Below, one piece after another: positions 9,618-19,532 of a stretch of 64,000 nucleotides of DNA. The stretch spans positions 1,101,625-1,165,624 of the forward strand of contig CAWBNP010000002.1 of the NCBI GenBank assembly GCA_963790245.1, read 5' to 3'. Both the position numbers and the translations under genes were made by a program. The notes beneath the pieces are model-generated. The model was not told where the DNA came from and ran no database searches. It saw only the letters and a program-made list of their open reading frames with translations. Positions within the stretch are counted from its first letter, which is position 1. The number at the start of each line of letters is the position of its first letter. The DNA is from an uncultured Thermoleophilaceae bacterium. GTDB lineage: Bacteria > Actinomycetota > Thermoleophilia > Solirubrobacterales > Thermoleophilaceae.

Positions 9618-11074
9618 GGCTTCGCCGGTTCCTTCCCGTTGTTCTCGCCGGGCGCCGGGACGAGTGACGCCTCCCCGCGCTCGAGGCTCGGGAATCGCTC
9701 GTCGTTGAACAGCGACGGAGGCTGAACGAAGCACGGCGGTATGTCCGGCTTTGCTATTGGCTGCTCCCCACCTGTCGGCTTGCAGTCGAACGCCTCGACC
9801 GTCCCGAAGCCTCGGGAACGGGAGAGGTAGTTCGGAGCCGGGTAGGCGTTACCACGGTCATAGGCCGGGCGATCGCGCGCGATACCGATGCCGCGCGAGC
9901 TGATGATCCCGAACTGCCGCAGGTAGTGGCGGGGACCACCGTCGCCGGTCGGGGGCAACACGCCGGAGAGACTGGAACCGCCGTTGGTTATGAAGTCGGC
10001 GACCTGTCCGCGCTGGTAACTCGCGAACGAGAGGAACGGATTGAGCTCGGGAAGGAAGCGGTGGGCGCTCCGAAGGAGCGGCTCGGCGCCGCGCAGGAAG
10101 CGGGACGCCTGGGGCAGAGTCCGGTCGGACTCCTCGATCACTACGTCGAGCCCTTCGAAGAGGGTCTCGAGATCGGGAGCCAGCTTGCCGACGTTGCGCG
10201 CGGTCGGCGGGATATCGCGCGCGACGGGGATCAGATCATTGACCAGCGGCTTGGTATCGCCCGCAAACCCCTCGAGCCGCTGGAATGTGAGCCGCGACTC
10301 CTCGAGGAAAGTCGGGAGCACCTGAATCGTCTCGGCCAGTGCATCGCGACGCGAGGCCAGGGCGCCGAAGAAGCCATTCGCGTTTCCGACCAGGGATCGC
10401 AGCTCGCCCTCGCGCTCGGTCAGCGTGCGGAAGACCACCCCGGCGTTTCGGACCAGCCGTTGCACTGCGGGCTCCTGCTGATCGACGACCTCGAGCAGGT
10501 CATCGCCCCGGAAGACGAACGACGGCAGCGTCCCGATCGCGTCGTTGAGGTTCTCGCCGTTGCCGTCGATCGTCTTCGCGAGCTCGCGCGCGACGCCTTG
10601 GAACGCGCGGCGCGTCGGTTTGTCAAAGGTCGAGATCACCTCATCGATCTCGGTCGGCTCGGCGATACTCGCACGCGGCAGCGTCCCGCCATCAGCCAGC
10701 TTCGGAACCTCTTCGGAGCCCTGGGTCAGCTCAATGTAGATCTGTCCCAGCAGCGTCTTCTGGCGCAGCACGGCCCTCGTGTCGGACGGGATCGGGGCAA
10801 AGCGCGCATCGAGCTCCATCTCGACCAGCATTCCGCCCTCCCGGCGGAGTTCCTTGGTCTTGACCTTGCCGACCGTCAACCCGGAGATCCGTACATCGGC
10901 CTCGTTGACGAGCAGTGCGGCCTCGTCGAAGTAGGCCTTGAAGCGGTAGCCCTGCGCGCCGAGCGGGACGGCCCCGCCGAACGAGATCCAGAGGAACATC
11001 AACAGACCGAAGCACGACAGCGCGAAGCCGACGAGCGCAGCGATCTTGGCCGGTGAGGGTGCTGTCTTGTCCAT
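9614..11074 (-). CDS. MCE family protein (6th of 6)
   Basis: N-terminal TM helix followed by an MlaD/MCE domain (YRFKAYFDEAALLVNEADVRISGLTVGKV). Its ATG overlaps the upstream stop by 1 nt. Confidence 0.85.
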   Translation of the reverse strand: MDKTAPSPAKIAALVGFALSCFGLLMFLWISFGGAVPLGAQGYRFKAYFDEAALLVNEADVRISGLTVGKVKTKELRREGGMLVEMELDARFAPIPSDTRAVLRQKTLLGQIYIELTQGSEEVPKLADGGTLPRASIAEPTEIDEVISTFDKPTRRAFQGVARELAKTIDGNGENLNDAIGTLPSFVFRGDDLLEVVDQQEPAVQRLVRNAGVVFRTLTEREGELRSLVGNANGFFGALASRRDALAETIQVLPTFLEESRLTFQRLEGFAGDTKPLVNDLIPVARDIPPTARNVGKLAPDLETLFEGLDVVIEESDRTLPQASRFLRGAEPLLRSAHRFLPELNPFLSFASYQRGQVADFITNGGSSLSGVLPPTGDGGPRHYLRQFGIISSRGIGIARDRPAYDRGNAYPAPNYLSRSRGFGTVEAFDCKPTGGEQPIAKPDIPPCFVQPPSLFNDERFPSLERGEASLVPAPGENNGKEPAKP

Positions 11075-12402
11075 CAGCCGGGGCAGAGCCCTGGGTCGTT
11101 GAGCAGGTCGGTGACGCCGAGCAGGGCGGATGTGAGCTCGGGACTTGGCGAGGAGTTGATCAGAGCGTCGAGCGTAGAGCAGCTCGCGGAGGAGATGAAC
11201 CGGCGGTAGGGGCCCTGGGCATCTCCGGTAGAGAACACCGAGACGCCGTTCTGAGCTACCCAGCCGAGCCAGAACAGATAGCCCTCGTCGCGAGCGGTGC
11301 CACCTTCCGGACCCTCGGCGCCGCCGGGGTTGTTGGCGGCGATGTTGAAGAACCGGTTGAGTTCTGCAAAGGAGGCTCGGAGATCGGGACCCGCACGCCC
11401 GAGGTCGCGTGCTGCCGGGCGCACGACATCGACGTAGGGAACTGCGGCGCGCACGAGCGGACGGACGTCCTCGCGAAGGATCGGCTCGCCCTCGCGAGCG
11501 AACTGCTCGACCACCGGATTGGTGCGGTCGAGTTCACGGACAACCGGCTGGAGCGAGTCAAGCGCGGGCAGCTTCTGCCCGAGCTCGTTGACTCGCAGGA
11601 GCGTCTGTTTGGCTTGGCCGAGGGTTGCGGGGAGCTGACTGACCGCGCTCGAGACGCCCTGCTCCTGCGAGCCGATCGCGCGGAACACCCGATTGGACTC
11701 GCGCACGAGGGTCGCGAGCTCGTCGTCACGGGTGGCCAGCTCGCTCGCGCTCTGGTTGGTGTTCGAGATCAGCCGCGTGAGGTTCTCCCTGCGCAGCGCG
11801 ACCTGCTCGTTCAGCCGCCGGATGTCGCGGAAGAGCGGACCGAGCCGGCGGAAGACCTCGCGTAGATCCCCTCCGCGGTCCTCGAGGCCCTTGCCGGCGC
11901 CGGTCAGCAGCAGGCGCAGATATGCGCGGGTATCGGAGTCGAGCGCCGAGAGGATTTCATCGGGGTTGATGTCGGGTGCGGTGTTCTCGACCGAGATCAG
12001 CGAGTTCTCCTCGAGCGCCGGCTCCGACTTCGAACCCGGGTCGAGCTCGAGAAACATGTCCTTGAGCCCCGTCCGTGGACGCAGTAGGGCGGTGGCATCC
12101 GAGCGCACCAGATCGGAGTACTCCGGGTCGAGGTCCATCCGCACCCGGGCAAGCCCGTTCTCGAGTTCGACCTCGCCGATATCGCCGACCCGCATGCCCG
12201 AGACGCGAACCGTCTGGCCCTGGCCGGGATTGACACCGCGCGCATTGGTGAATTCAGCCCACATGTAGACCGGGCCGCGCTCGACGATCGGCAGGCGAAC
12301 GCCCTGCTCGAGAAGGATGTAGGTCGTCACGGCCACCGAGAGGACGACCAGCGCAACGATCGCGATCGCGTCCGGCAGGCGGCCCAGCACTGCGCGCTTC
12401 AT
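11074..12402 (-). CDS. MCE family protein (5th of 6)
   Basis: N-terminal TM helix plus an MCE domain (WAEFTNARGVNPGQGQTVRVSGMRVGDI). ATGA overlap with the upstream gene. Confidence 0.85.
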   Translation of the reverse strand: MKRAVLGRLPDAIAIVALVVLSVAVTTYILLEQGVRLPIVERGPVYMWAEFTNARGVNPGQGQTVRVSGMRVGDIGEVELENGLARVRMDLDPEYSDLVRSDATALLRPRTGLKDMFLELDPGSKSEPALEENSLISVENTAPDINPDEILSALDSDTRAYLRLLLTGAGKGLEDRGGDLREVFRRLGPLFRDIRRLNEQVALRRENLTRLISNTNQSASELATRDDELATLVRESNRVFRAIGSQEQGVSSAVSQLPATLGQAKQTLLRVNELGQKLPALDSLQPVVRELDRTNPVVEQFAREGEPILREDVRPLVRAAVPYVDVVRPAARDLGRAGPDLRASFAELNRFFNIAANNPGGAEGPEGGTARDEGYLFWLGWVAQNGVSVFSTGDAQGPYRRFISSASCSTLDALINSSPSPELTSALLGVTDLLNDPGLCPG

Positions 12403-13974
12403 CGCTTACCCCCCAGCTCGGAGAGCAGCGGATCGAGTTCGGTGGCGCCGCGGATGTGGCGGTCGAGGCCCTCGAGCTGCTCGGTTGCCCGCTCGGCGTC
12501 GAGCCCGGCTCCACGGGGCTGGGGCCGTACCATCTCGCCGGCGAGCTCGGGTCCACCGGCGACCGGCTCGAGGTTCGGCGGCTCCTGGGTCTCGCAGGGA
12601 ACGTCGGGACGGAAGCTGGGTTGGCGGTCGGGACGCATCGGCACGATCCCCTGGAGCGGGAAGTCGAGCTGGGCGAAGATGTCATCGCCCAGGACCCCGG
12701 GTGAGGCGAGGGTCACCGGGCCGCCGCCCGCCTGCACCCGGAAGTACGGCGTGTTGGCATCCGAGAGGCGGCTCTCGCCCGCGAGGCCGACGAACGAGCG
12801 TGGCGACTGCTCGAAGAACGGCTCGCCGTCGAGTTTCTCGAAGATACGGATGCGGGATCGGCGTCTTGGAGAAGGGCAGCAGCACGTTGTTCTGGCAGGA
12901 GGCGAATGCCCGCGTCTGCTCGAGCGTACGGGTCTGCTGGAGGTTCAGGTGGGCAAGGCGCGGGACGGTCTTGCGCAGGCGGGGCGCGAGCGCGCCGAGC
13001 TCGCTCCGGGAGACCAGCTGACGGGCCTGGCGGGTGAACGGGATCTGCTCGTCGAGCGCCGGGCGCGAGGAGCGCGCTGCCGGGAGCGCGGCGTCGGCGA
13101 ACTCGCCGAGCGAGGGCAGCCCGCGGTTGAGCGACTGGAGGGCCGGGCGGCCGGTGATCAGGACGTCGCGCAGGGCCGGAATCGTCGCGCGCAGCGAATC
13201 GTCCTCACGTGCGAAGGCCCCGGCCGTCCGGTTGAGGTTGACGACCAGGTCGCGGAGCGATTGCTCGTCCCGCACCAGCGCGCCGAAGATCTTCTGCTGG
13301 GCGGCGATCACGCCGCTCAGGTCGTGGGGACGACGCCCGAGCGTCGCCTCGTTGGCGATCGAAGTGCTGCGGTACGCCCCCTCCCAGTGGCGGATCGCCT
13401 CGTTGAAGCCCTCGGCCCCGCCGCGGTCCAGACCCTTGGAGAACTCGGCGAGGAAGCTGCGCAGATCATCGCGCGTGTCGGACTGGAGTGCCGTCAACAG
13501 CTCACCGAACTGGACCGGCGAAGCGGTCTGGTTGACAGGGATCGTGCCGCCATTCGCCAGTTCGGGCGACGAGGGAGCGCCGGGCTCGAGGTCGACGAAG
13601 TAATTGCCCTCCAGGAAGATCCGCGAGCGCACCGTAACCCGGGCGTCCTCGCGCACCGGCAATCCGGCGTCGTCGATCTCCATCGACAGGCGGATCAGAT
13701 TCGATCCGTCGCCGACCGGCTCGATTTCGGTGACGGTGCCGACGTCAACGCCCGCCGTTCGAACGGGGGAACCTCGCTTGATGTCGTTGACGTCGCTGAA
13801 GACCGCATCGACGGCGAAGGTCTGTGTGAACGGCCGCTGGCCACCGTAAGCGAAGTAGATCACTGCAGCGAGCACCAGGAGCGCAACGACGCCGACCCGC
13901 AGCCGTGGCCAGCCGCCGAGTCGCGGAGCGACCCGCTCGAGCGGGGTGCTCGGGTTCTTGATCGGCCTGGCCAT
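12399..13974 (-). pseudogene. MCE family protein (4th of 6); reading frame interrupted near 12838-12862 as assembled
   Basis: ORF 12682..13974 has a normal TM plus MCE N-terminus. After ...CQNNVLLPFSKTPIPHPY its tail turns Arg/Pro-rich and looks like out-of-frame sequence. The +1 frame continues plausibly (FEKLDGEPFFEQSPRSFVGLAGESRLSDANTPYFRVQAGGGPVTL...) and ends in an ATGA overlap with the next mce gene at 12399-12402. Confidence 0.7.
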
Positions 13975-13976
13975 TG

Positions 13977-15512
13977 CTACTTCACGTCCTTCAGCGAGTT
14001 GATGCCCAGCTCGCGCGTCTTGAAGGTCGGACCGGCGCGCCCGGGGGTGCTCGGATCAATCACGACGTTGCTGCCGCCCAGCTGATCGGGGTTGTTGCTC
14101 GGCTTGTAGCGAGCGCCGGTCTGGAGGCTGTCGAGGTATCCGCGCTGGCCGCTCTCGCAGTCGGCGCGGCCGCGCTCGTCGACCGCCGGGGAGTAGTACT
14201 GGCGGTGGAGGGCCTGCAGATCGTTGCCCGACGGGTCGCGCGCATCCTGCGGGTCCTGATTGGCGGGGATGTCGACCGGCCGCTCGGCTGTCGAGTCGCC
14301 GAGCCGGTTGTTCTGGCCGGCGAGGTCGGAGCGCAGCAGAACCCGCTGGATGTTGCCTCCTGGAAGCGGTTCGGAGAGGTGCTCGGAGAGCCCGGTCCAG
14401 TAGTAGTTCCAGTAGTTGCAGACGGTCTGGTAGGGAGCCACGAATTCGAGCAGCGGGGCGGTCACCTCGAGGGTCGTCTCGAGATCGCGCAGCGCCAGCA
14501 GGGTGTTCGGGTTCTCCGCGAGCGTGTCGAGCGAGCGGAAGACGTCCTCCGTGCGGCGGTGGAACGGAGGCGCGTCCTCGAGTACGGGGCCGCCGGTCTC
14601 GAGCGCCCGCGTCACTGCGGGCAACCGTCGCTCGAGCTCGCGCACGGCGGGATCCAATTCCGTGAACAAGACCTCGGCCCGCGCGAGGAAGGGACGCTGG
14701 ACGGGAAAGCTCTGGATACCCGCTTGGAGGGTTCGCGGGGAACGCTCGATCGCCGAGCGGAGCGCCGCCGGGTCGGCGCCGAGCGCCTCGAAGGTCGTCG
14801 CCATGTTCGCGAACAGCTCTGCATAGGTGCCGGCGACGGGGGCGATCTCGGCCACGAACCGCTCGGCGCTCGGGAACAGCCTCCGCAGCTGGGTCTGCGG
14901 ATCGGAGAGGTTGCGCATCACCGGCTCGAGGTGGGTCAGGAACGGAACGAGCCCGCCGATCGTCTCGTTGATCGCGCTCCCGCGGCCGGCGAGCGCGGTG
15001 CCGTAGCCGAGCAACACGGTGCGCTGCGAGTCGCGCGTCGGCTGGTCGTTCTGGCTGAAGAACTCGTCGAATTCGACCGGCCGGGTCGCATTGCGCAACG
15101 GGATCCGGTCACCCGCCACGAGCGAGCGATCACTCGAGCCGGGCGTCAGCTCGATGTACTTCAGGCCTACCGCCGAGCGCGGCCTCACCATCACGGCGGT
15201 GTCCTCGGGCAGCGGCTCGATCGCCTTGTCGAGCTTGATGTCGGCGACCGCGATCGAATCGCCGTTCCTCGGATCGACATCCGGGCGCAGGCCGCTCAGC
15301 TGGCCGACGCGGAAGCCGCCGACCCGCACCTCCGCGCCCTTGGCGAGGTTCGAGCCGCTCGGCAGCTCGGCGCTGAGGTCATAGGTCGGGACGAACGGAA
15401 AACCCTTGTTGGCGTTGTAGCCGAGGAAGACGGCAACCACGATCACGAGCATCGTGATCGCCCCGACGAGCACCGGGCTGGCGACGATCGAGGTGTTGGG
15501 CTTGCGGCTCAT
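13977..15512 (-). CDS. MCE family protein (3rd of 6)
   Basis: TM helix plus an MCE domain (YDLSAELPSGSNLAKGAEVRVGGFRVGQL). Confidence 0.85.
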   Translation of the reverse strand: MSRKPNTSIVASPVLVGAITMLVIVVAVFLGYNANKGFPFVPTYDLSAELPSGSNLAKGAEVRVGGFRVGQLSGLRPDVDPRNGDSIAVADIKLDKAIEPLPEDTAVMVRPRSAVGLKYIELTPGSSDRSLVAGDRIPLRNATRPVEFDEFFSQNDQPTRDSQRTVLLGYGTALAGRGSAINETIGGLVPFLTHLEPVMRNLSDPQTQLRRLFPSAERFVAEIAPVAGTYAELFANMATTFEALGADPAALRSAIERSPRTLQAGIQSFPVQRPFLARAEVLFTELDPAVRELERRLPAVTRALETGGPVLEDAPPFHRRTEDVFRSLDTLAENPNTLLALRDLETTLEVTAPLLEFVAPYQTVCNYWNYYWTGLSEHLSEPLPGGNIQRVLLRSDLAGQNNRLGDSTAERPVDIPANQDPQDARDPSGNDLQALHRQYYSPAVDERGRADCESGQRGYLDSLQTGARYKPSNNPDQLGGSNVVIDPSTPGRAGPTFKTRELGINSLKDVK

Positions 15513-17089
15513 GGCGAGAGGAGGAAGTCGAGCAGCCCGCCGGGCGCGGTCGGTTGATCCCCTGGGGCGGATGGCTGCTCGGAGGGGGCGGAGGCAGTCT
15601 CTGGGATCGCAGGCGGCTGGTCATCCCGGCCCGCGCTTCGCTCGGCCGGACGGCTTCTGACGGCACGGGCCGGGCGCTCGCGGGCATCGGCGGCTTTGGC
15701 GTCGGCCGGCGGCCGCTCGGTCGGATCGGGATCGGCCGGGCCGAAGTCGAAGCGGCCGACCTTGCCCTTGGCCTCGCTCAGACCGGGCTGGTAGGGGCCG
15801 AGCAGAGAGCCGCAACGGGCGATATCCGATTCGGTCGGGTTGGCCGAGTAGGGCGAGCACTTGGTGTCGCGCAGCAGGACGATCCGCAGCAGGTGCGAGA
15901 CCTCGTCATAGACGTTGGTCGACAGCGTCTGGTGGTAGATGTAGTTCCAGAAGGCCTCCATCCCGGTGAGCCCCTGGCCCTCGCGGTAGGCGGTCTTGTC
16001 GGGCTTGGGTGGCGCCAGCCTGGCGGCGAGCGGATCGTCCTCCGTCGAGCGCGCCCGATCGTCAAGCGCCTGCAGGAACTGGCGCAGCGGCTCGCCGAGC
16101 CGCGGCGCGTCCTCCGCCAGATCGCGCAGCGTGGAGACCTCCTCACGGCTCTCGCGCAGCGCTTCGCGGCCTGCCCGCGTGCTGTCGGAGAGGCCGCGAT
16201 TGGAGTCGCGTGCCGACTCGGCGAACGGCCGCAGGGCGCTGATGAACCGGCGCAGCTCCGGTGCGCCGGAGCGCAACCGGTCGAGCAGCGGGATCTGGCG
16301 GCCCGCGGTGTCCTCGAGCTGGGCAAGGGTCGGTCGCAACTGGCCGAGGAAGATCGGCAGATCGCGCCATTGAGCGGCGATGCTCTGTTCGCGGGAGGCC
16401 TGGATCGTGGCCGTCTCGGAGGCCTCGGTCGCCCACCGCGAGAGCTGCTCCTTTGCCGGGGCGACGGCCGCAGCGACCGTGTCCGAGTCGCGGATGAACC
16501 TGGAGATCGAGCGATTCTGGTCAGCCAGGATCTTGAAGGTCTCGCTCGTCTCGCGGAGCCCCGGATGGGCTCGCCGGATCACCTCGTTGAGATCATCGGG
16601 ACGGCCCGCGAGACCCGTCCCGAGCTCCGAGAGAATCAACCGGAACCGCTCCCGGTAGGGCAGGCGCATGACGTTCTGCACGAGGTCTACCGGGATCGTC
16701 GAGGAGGTCTGTTCGACGGGCACGGTGCCGCCTGCGGGAAGCGGATCCCCCGTGCCGAGTTCGCAGTCGACGAAGTACTCGCCGATCAGGGATTGCTGAC
16801 GCACTCCACACTCGGCGTCCCTGCGCAGCGACTGGAAACCCGGCTCGGAGATGTCGATCTCGACCACGACACGCCGGGGCTCGTCCTCGGTCAACTCGAA
16901 TCCTTCGACCGTCCCGCCCCGTACCCCGCCGACCTTGACGTCGCCACCCTCGACCAGTCCGAAGACATTGTCGAACACGACGTGGTAGCGCTTGCCCTCG
17001 AGCTCGCTCTCCGAGGCGGCGGTCAGGACGGCAGCGCCGATCCCCAGCGCGACCACGGCCAAGATCGTGACGAACCCCCGGGCGGTCAC
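15509..17089 (-). CDS. MCE family protein (2nd of 6), with a Pro/Ala-rich C-terminal tail
   Basis: TM helix plus an MCE domain (YHVVFDNVFGLVEGGDVKVGGVRGGTV). 4-nt overlaps at both ends. Confidence 0.85.
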   Translation of the reverse strand: MTARGFVTILAVVALGIGAAVLTAASESELEGKRYHVVFDNVFGLVEGGDVKVGGVRGGTVEGFELTEDEPRRVVVEIDISEPGFQSLRRDAECGVRQQSLIGEYFVDCELGTGDPLPAGGTVPVEQTSSTIPVDLVQNVMRLPYRERFRLILSELGTGLAGRPDDLNEVIRRAHPGLRETSETFKILADQNRSISRFIRDSDTVAAAVAPAKEQLSRWATEASETATIQASREQSIAAQWRDLPIFLGQLRPTLAQLEDTAGRQIPLLDRLRSGAPELRRFISALRPFAESARDSNRGLSDSTRAGREALRESREEVSTLRDLAEDAPRLGEPLRQFLQALDDRARSTEDDPLAARLAPPKPDKTAYREGQGLTGMEAFWNYIYHQTLSTNVYDEVSHLLRIVLLRDTKCSPYSANPTESDIARCGSLLGPYQPGLSEAKGKVGRFDFGPADPDPTERPPADAKAADARERPARAVRSRPAERSAGRDDQPPAIPETASAPSEQPSAPGDQPTAPGGLLDFLLSP

Positions 17090-18570
17090 TCGATCGGCCC
17101 CGTCGCGCGATCGTCCTCATCGCAGTCGAGCTCGCGCTGCTCGGCCTCCGAGAAAACGTTGGACCCGTCGGCCGCCGGTTCCTCGGATGCGCCGGGGCAG
17201 CGCTTGAACTGCTCGGTCCGGGCGAACTCCTTGAAGACCTCACCGCGGAGGTTCGACGTATCGAAGCCGAGCGAATCGGAGAAGTCGGCGAGCACGCAGC
17301 CGCCCGCGAGGACGGCGGCCTCGGGACAGGGCACCCCGGGCGGCAGTTGGGGCGTGAACGCATTGAAGTAGATCTGGGAGCGCGAGAAACCGCCGAGCGC
17401 ATCGGTTCCGCCGGTGTGGGAAAAGTCATCCAGCCAGCCGAAGAAGTCGGTCGTGTAGGGCCGGCCGTGCGCGATGACCGGCGCGCTGTCAGACAGCGCC
17501 TCCCCCAGCTCGGGGAACGCGCCCCGGCGCTGCTCGCCGTTGCGGCGAGCCTCGTCGAGCGCGATTCGGGTCAGCCCCGGGAACGTACGGTTCAGCTCGA
17601 CGAGGTCGTTGGCTTGTCCCGGTGAGCGCAGCACGCGCGAGAGCTCCCGGACCGGATCGACGGCGTCGCGCGCGAACGGCCGCAGCTGCGCCAGGTAAGG
17701 ACGCAGCCGCTTTGCAACCGGCTTCGATGCCGCTACGAACGGCTCGACACGGTCCAGTGTGTCGCGCAGGTTGACGAACGTCGTGTTGGCTGAACGCATG
17801 AAGGGCGGGAAGCGCTCGACGACCTCGGCCAACGCGACGCGCTCGGCAGCCAGCGCTCCGGTCGTACGATTGAGGTTGGTGATCAGCGGCCCGAGATCCT
17901 CCCGACGGTCCGAGAGGGCCGTCACAAGTGAGGAGGTATCGACAAGGAAGCGCTCAAGCACGACGGGGTCCTGACTGAGCTCCTCGAACAACCGGCTACT
18001 CGCCGAGAGCGAGGAGTTGAGGTAGCGCAGGCCGCGATTGGCGTCCTCGCCGCGCCCTGCGTACTGGCGGGCCTGTCCCTTGAAGAAGCCCTGCAGCGCG
18101 CCGCGCGTCTTCTCGTCGAAGATGCTCAGGAACTGATCGAACTCGACGTTGGTCGTCGTGTTCCCGACCCGAATCAGGCCGCCGTCGGGAATCGGCTGTT
18201 GGCCCTTCTCGGCCGGCGCCATGTAGAGATCGATGTACTTGTTCGCGATCGAGGCCTGACCGCCCTGGCGGATCACCGCGCGCGTCCCCTCCCGCAACGG
18301 CGCGTAGCGCTCGTCGATCTCGACGTCGACCTCGATCAGGCCGTTGGGCCCGATGTCGACGCCTTTGACCAGACCCGCCTGCGCTCCGCCGACGAGCGCC
18401 AGGTTGCCGCTCACCAGCTGCCCGGCGTTCTCGAACTGGATCCGCACCTGATAGCCGCCCTGACCTGAGAGCAGGACGAGCAGGACCAGGACGAGCGCCG
18501 CCAGGACCGCCCCGAAGGCGGCCACTCGCCCGACCGTGCTCAGCGACGGTCGCGCTCCCTGCTCGCTCAA
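17086..18570 (-). CDS. MCE family protein (1st of 6)
   Basis: TM helix plus an MCE domain (YQVRIQFENAGQLVSGNLALVGGAQAGLV). TTG start at 18570, with an in-frame GTG alternative downstream. Confidence 0.85.
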   Translation of the reverse strand: MSEQGARPSLSTVGRVAAFGAVLAALVLVLLVLLSGQGGYQVRIQFENAGQLVSGNLALVGGAQAGLVKGVDIGPNGLIEVDVEIDERYAPLREGTRAVIRQGGQASIANKYIDLYMAPAEKGQQPIPDGGLIRVGNTTTNVEFDQFLSIFDEKTRGALQGFFKGQARQYAGRGEDANRGLRYLNSSLSASSRLFEELSQDPVVLERFLVDTSSLVTALSDRREDLGPLITNLNRTTGALAAERVALAEVVERFPPFMRSANTTFVNLRDTLDRVEPFVAASKPVAKRLRPYLAQLRPFARDAVDPVRELSRVLRSPGQANDLVELNRTFPGLTRIALDEARRNGEQRRGAFPELGEALSDSAPVIAHGRPYTTDFFGWLDDFSHTGGTDALGGFSRSQIYFNAFTPQLPPGVPCPEAAVLAGGCVLADFSDSLGFDTSNLRGEVFKEFARTEQFKRCPGASEEPAADGSNVFSEAEQRELDCDEDDRATGPIE

Positions 18571-18629
18571 TTGTCCACCCGGGTCACCCTCAGCACCGGC
18601 CCTCGCTACCTCCCGCTGGCTGCCTCCGT

Positions 18630-19532
18630 CTACCGAGGGTACCCGACCGTACCGTCATCGCGCGCCTCCATGAATGCCGCGTTGCGCGCCTTCATGAAGG
18701 CCGCAAACGAGCCGGCCGTGACGAACATGAAAACGCTGTAGACGGCGGCCGGGATCGCCAGCCTGGTGTCGATCGCCGCGGCGACCGTGATCGTCAGCGT
18801 GCTGTTGTGGATGCCGAGCTCCATCGCGATCGCCGTCGCCTGGCGGTCGGAGAGGCGTCCGAGCCGGGCGGCCGCGAAGCTGAAGGACATCGCGACGACG
18901 TTGAACGCCAGTGCCGCCGGGCCGACAATCGCCAGGCTGCCGGCGATCAGAGCGCGCTCCTCGAAGACCGCGGCGGCGATGATCCCGATGAAGACGACCA
19001 GCGCCACTCGCTTGAGGCGGGGCTCGAGCGCCTGCGCTCGTTCAGGCGCTCGCGCAGCGAAGCTCATCCCGATCGCGAGCGGGATCAGCGTGATCAGGAA
19101 GACGCGGATCACGATCCCGATCAGCGAGACCTCGTTGGTCAGCCCGGTGACGCCGAAGTGCGCTATCGCAAGGCCGAGGAACAGCGGAACGGTCACGACG
19201 GCCGCGACACTCGAGACGGCGGTCATCGTGACCGACAGAGCGGTCTCGCCGCGCGCGAGGTGGGTGAGCAGGTTCGCCATCGTTCCGCCGGGCGAGGCGC
19301 CGAGCAGCACGAGACCGACCGCCAGCAGCGGGTCAAGCCCGAAGATCTCCGCTACCGCGAAGGCGAGCAGCGGCGAGACGAGCAGCAGATTGCCAAGTCC
19401 GATCGCCACCCCCCGCGGCGCCGTGAGTACCCGCCTGAAGTCCTCGGTGCGGAGCGAGAGACCGAGCGTGGCCATGATCACGGCGAGGCCGATCGGCAAG
19501 AACAGCTCGACTAGCGGCGAGGCCTCCTCCAC
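18630..19532 (-). CDS. Bile acid:sodium symporter (BASS/SBF) family transporter
   Basis: 300 aa polytopic protein with the SBF signature region LLGASPGGTMANLLTHLARGETALSVTM. It is on the same strand as the first mce gene and 59 nt upstream of it. Confidence 0.8.
   Translation of the reverse strand: MEEASPLVELFLPIGLAVIMATLGLSLRTEDFRRVLTAPRGVAIGLGNLLLVSPLLAFAVAEIFGLDPLLAVGLVLLGASPGGTMANLLTHLARGETALSVTMTAVSSVAAVVTVPLFLGLAIAHFGVTGLTNEVSLIGIVIRVFLITLIPLAIGMSFAARAPERAQALEPRLKRVALVVFIGIIAAAVFEERALIAGSLAIVGPAALAFNVVAMSFSFAAARLGRLSDRQATAIAMELGIHNSTLTITVAAAIDTRLAIPAAVYSVFMFVTAGSFAAFMKARNAAFMEARDDGTVGYPR

Noticed and set aside
12838-12862. Programmed ribosomal frameshifting as the explanation for the split mce gene, and likewise for hhyE at 45731-45736.
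   Set aside because: The mce site has no slippery heptamer or downstream pseudoknot that I can see. The hhyE site is a plain homopolymer. Both are more simply explained by an indel, either real or an assembly artefact. I kept them as findings about frame interruption only.
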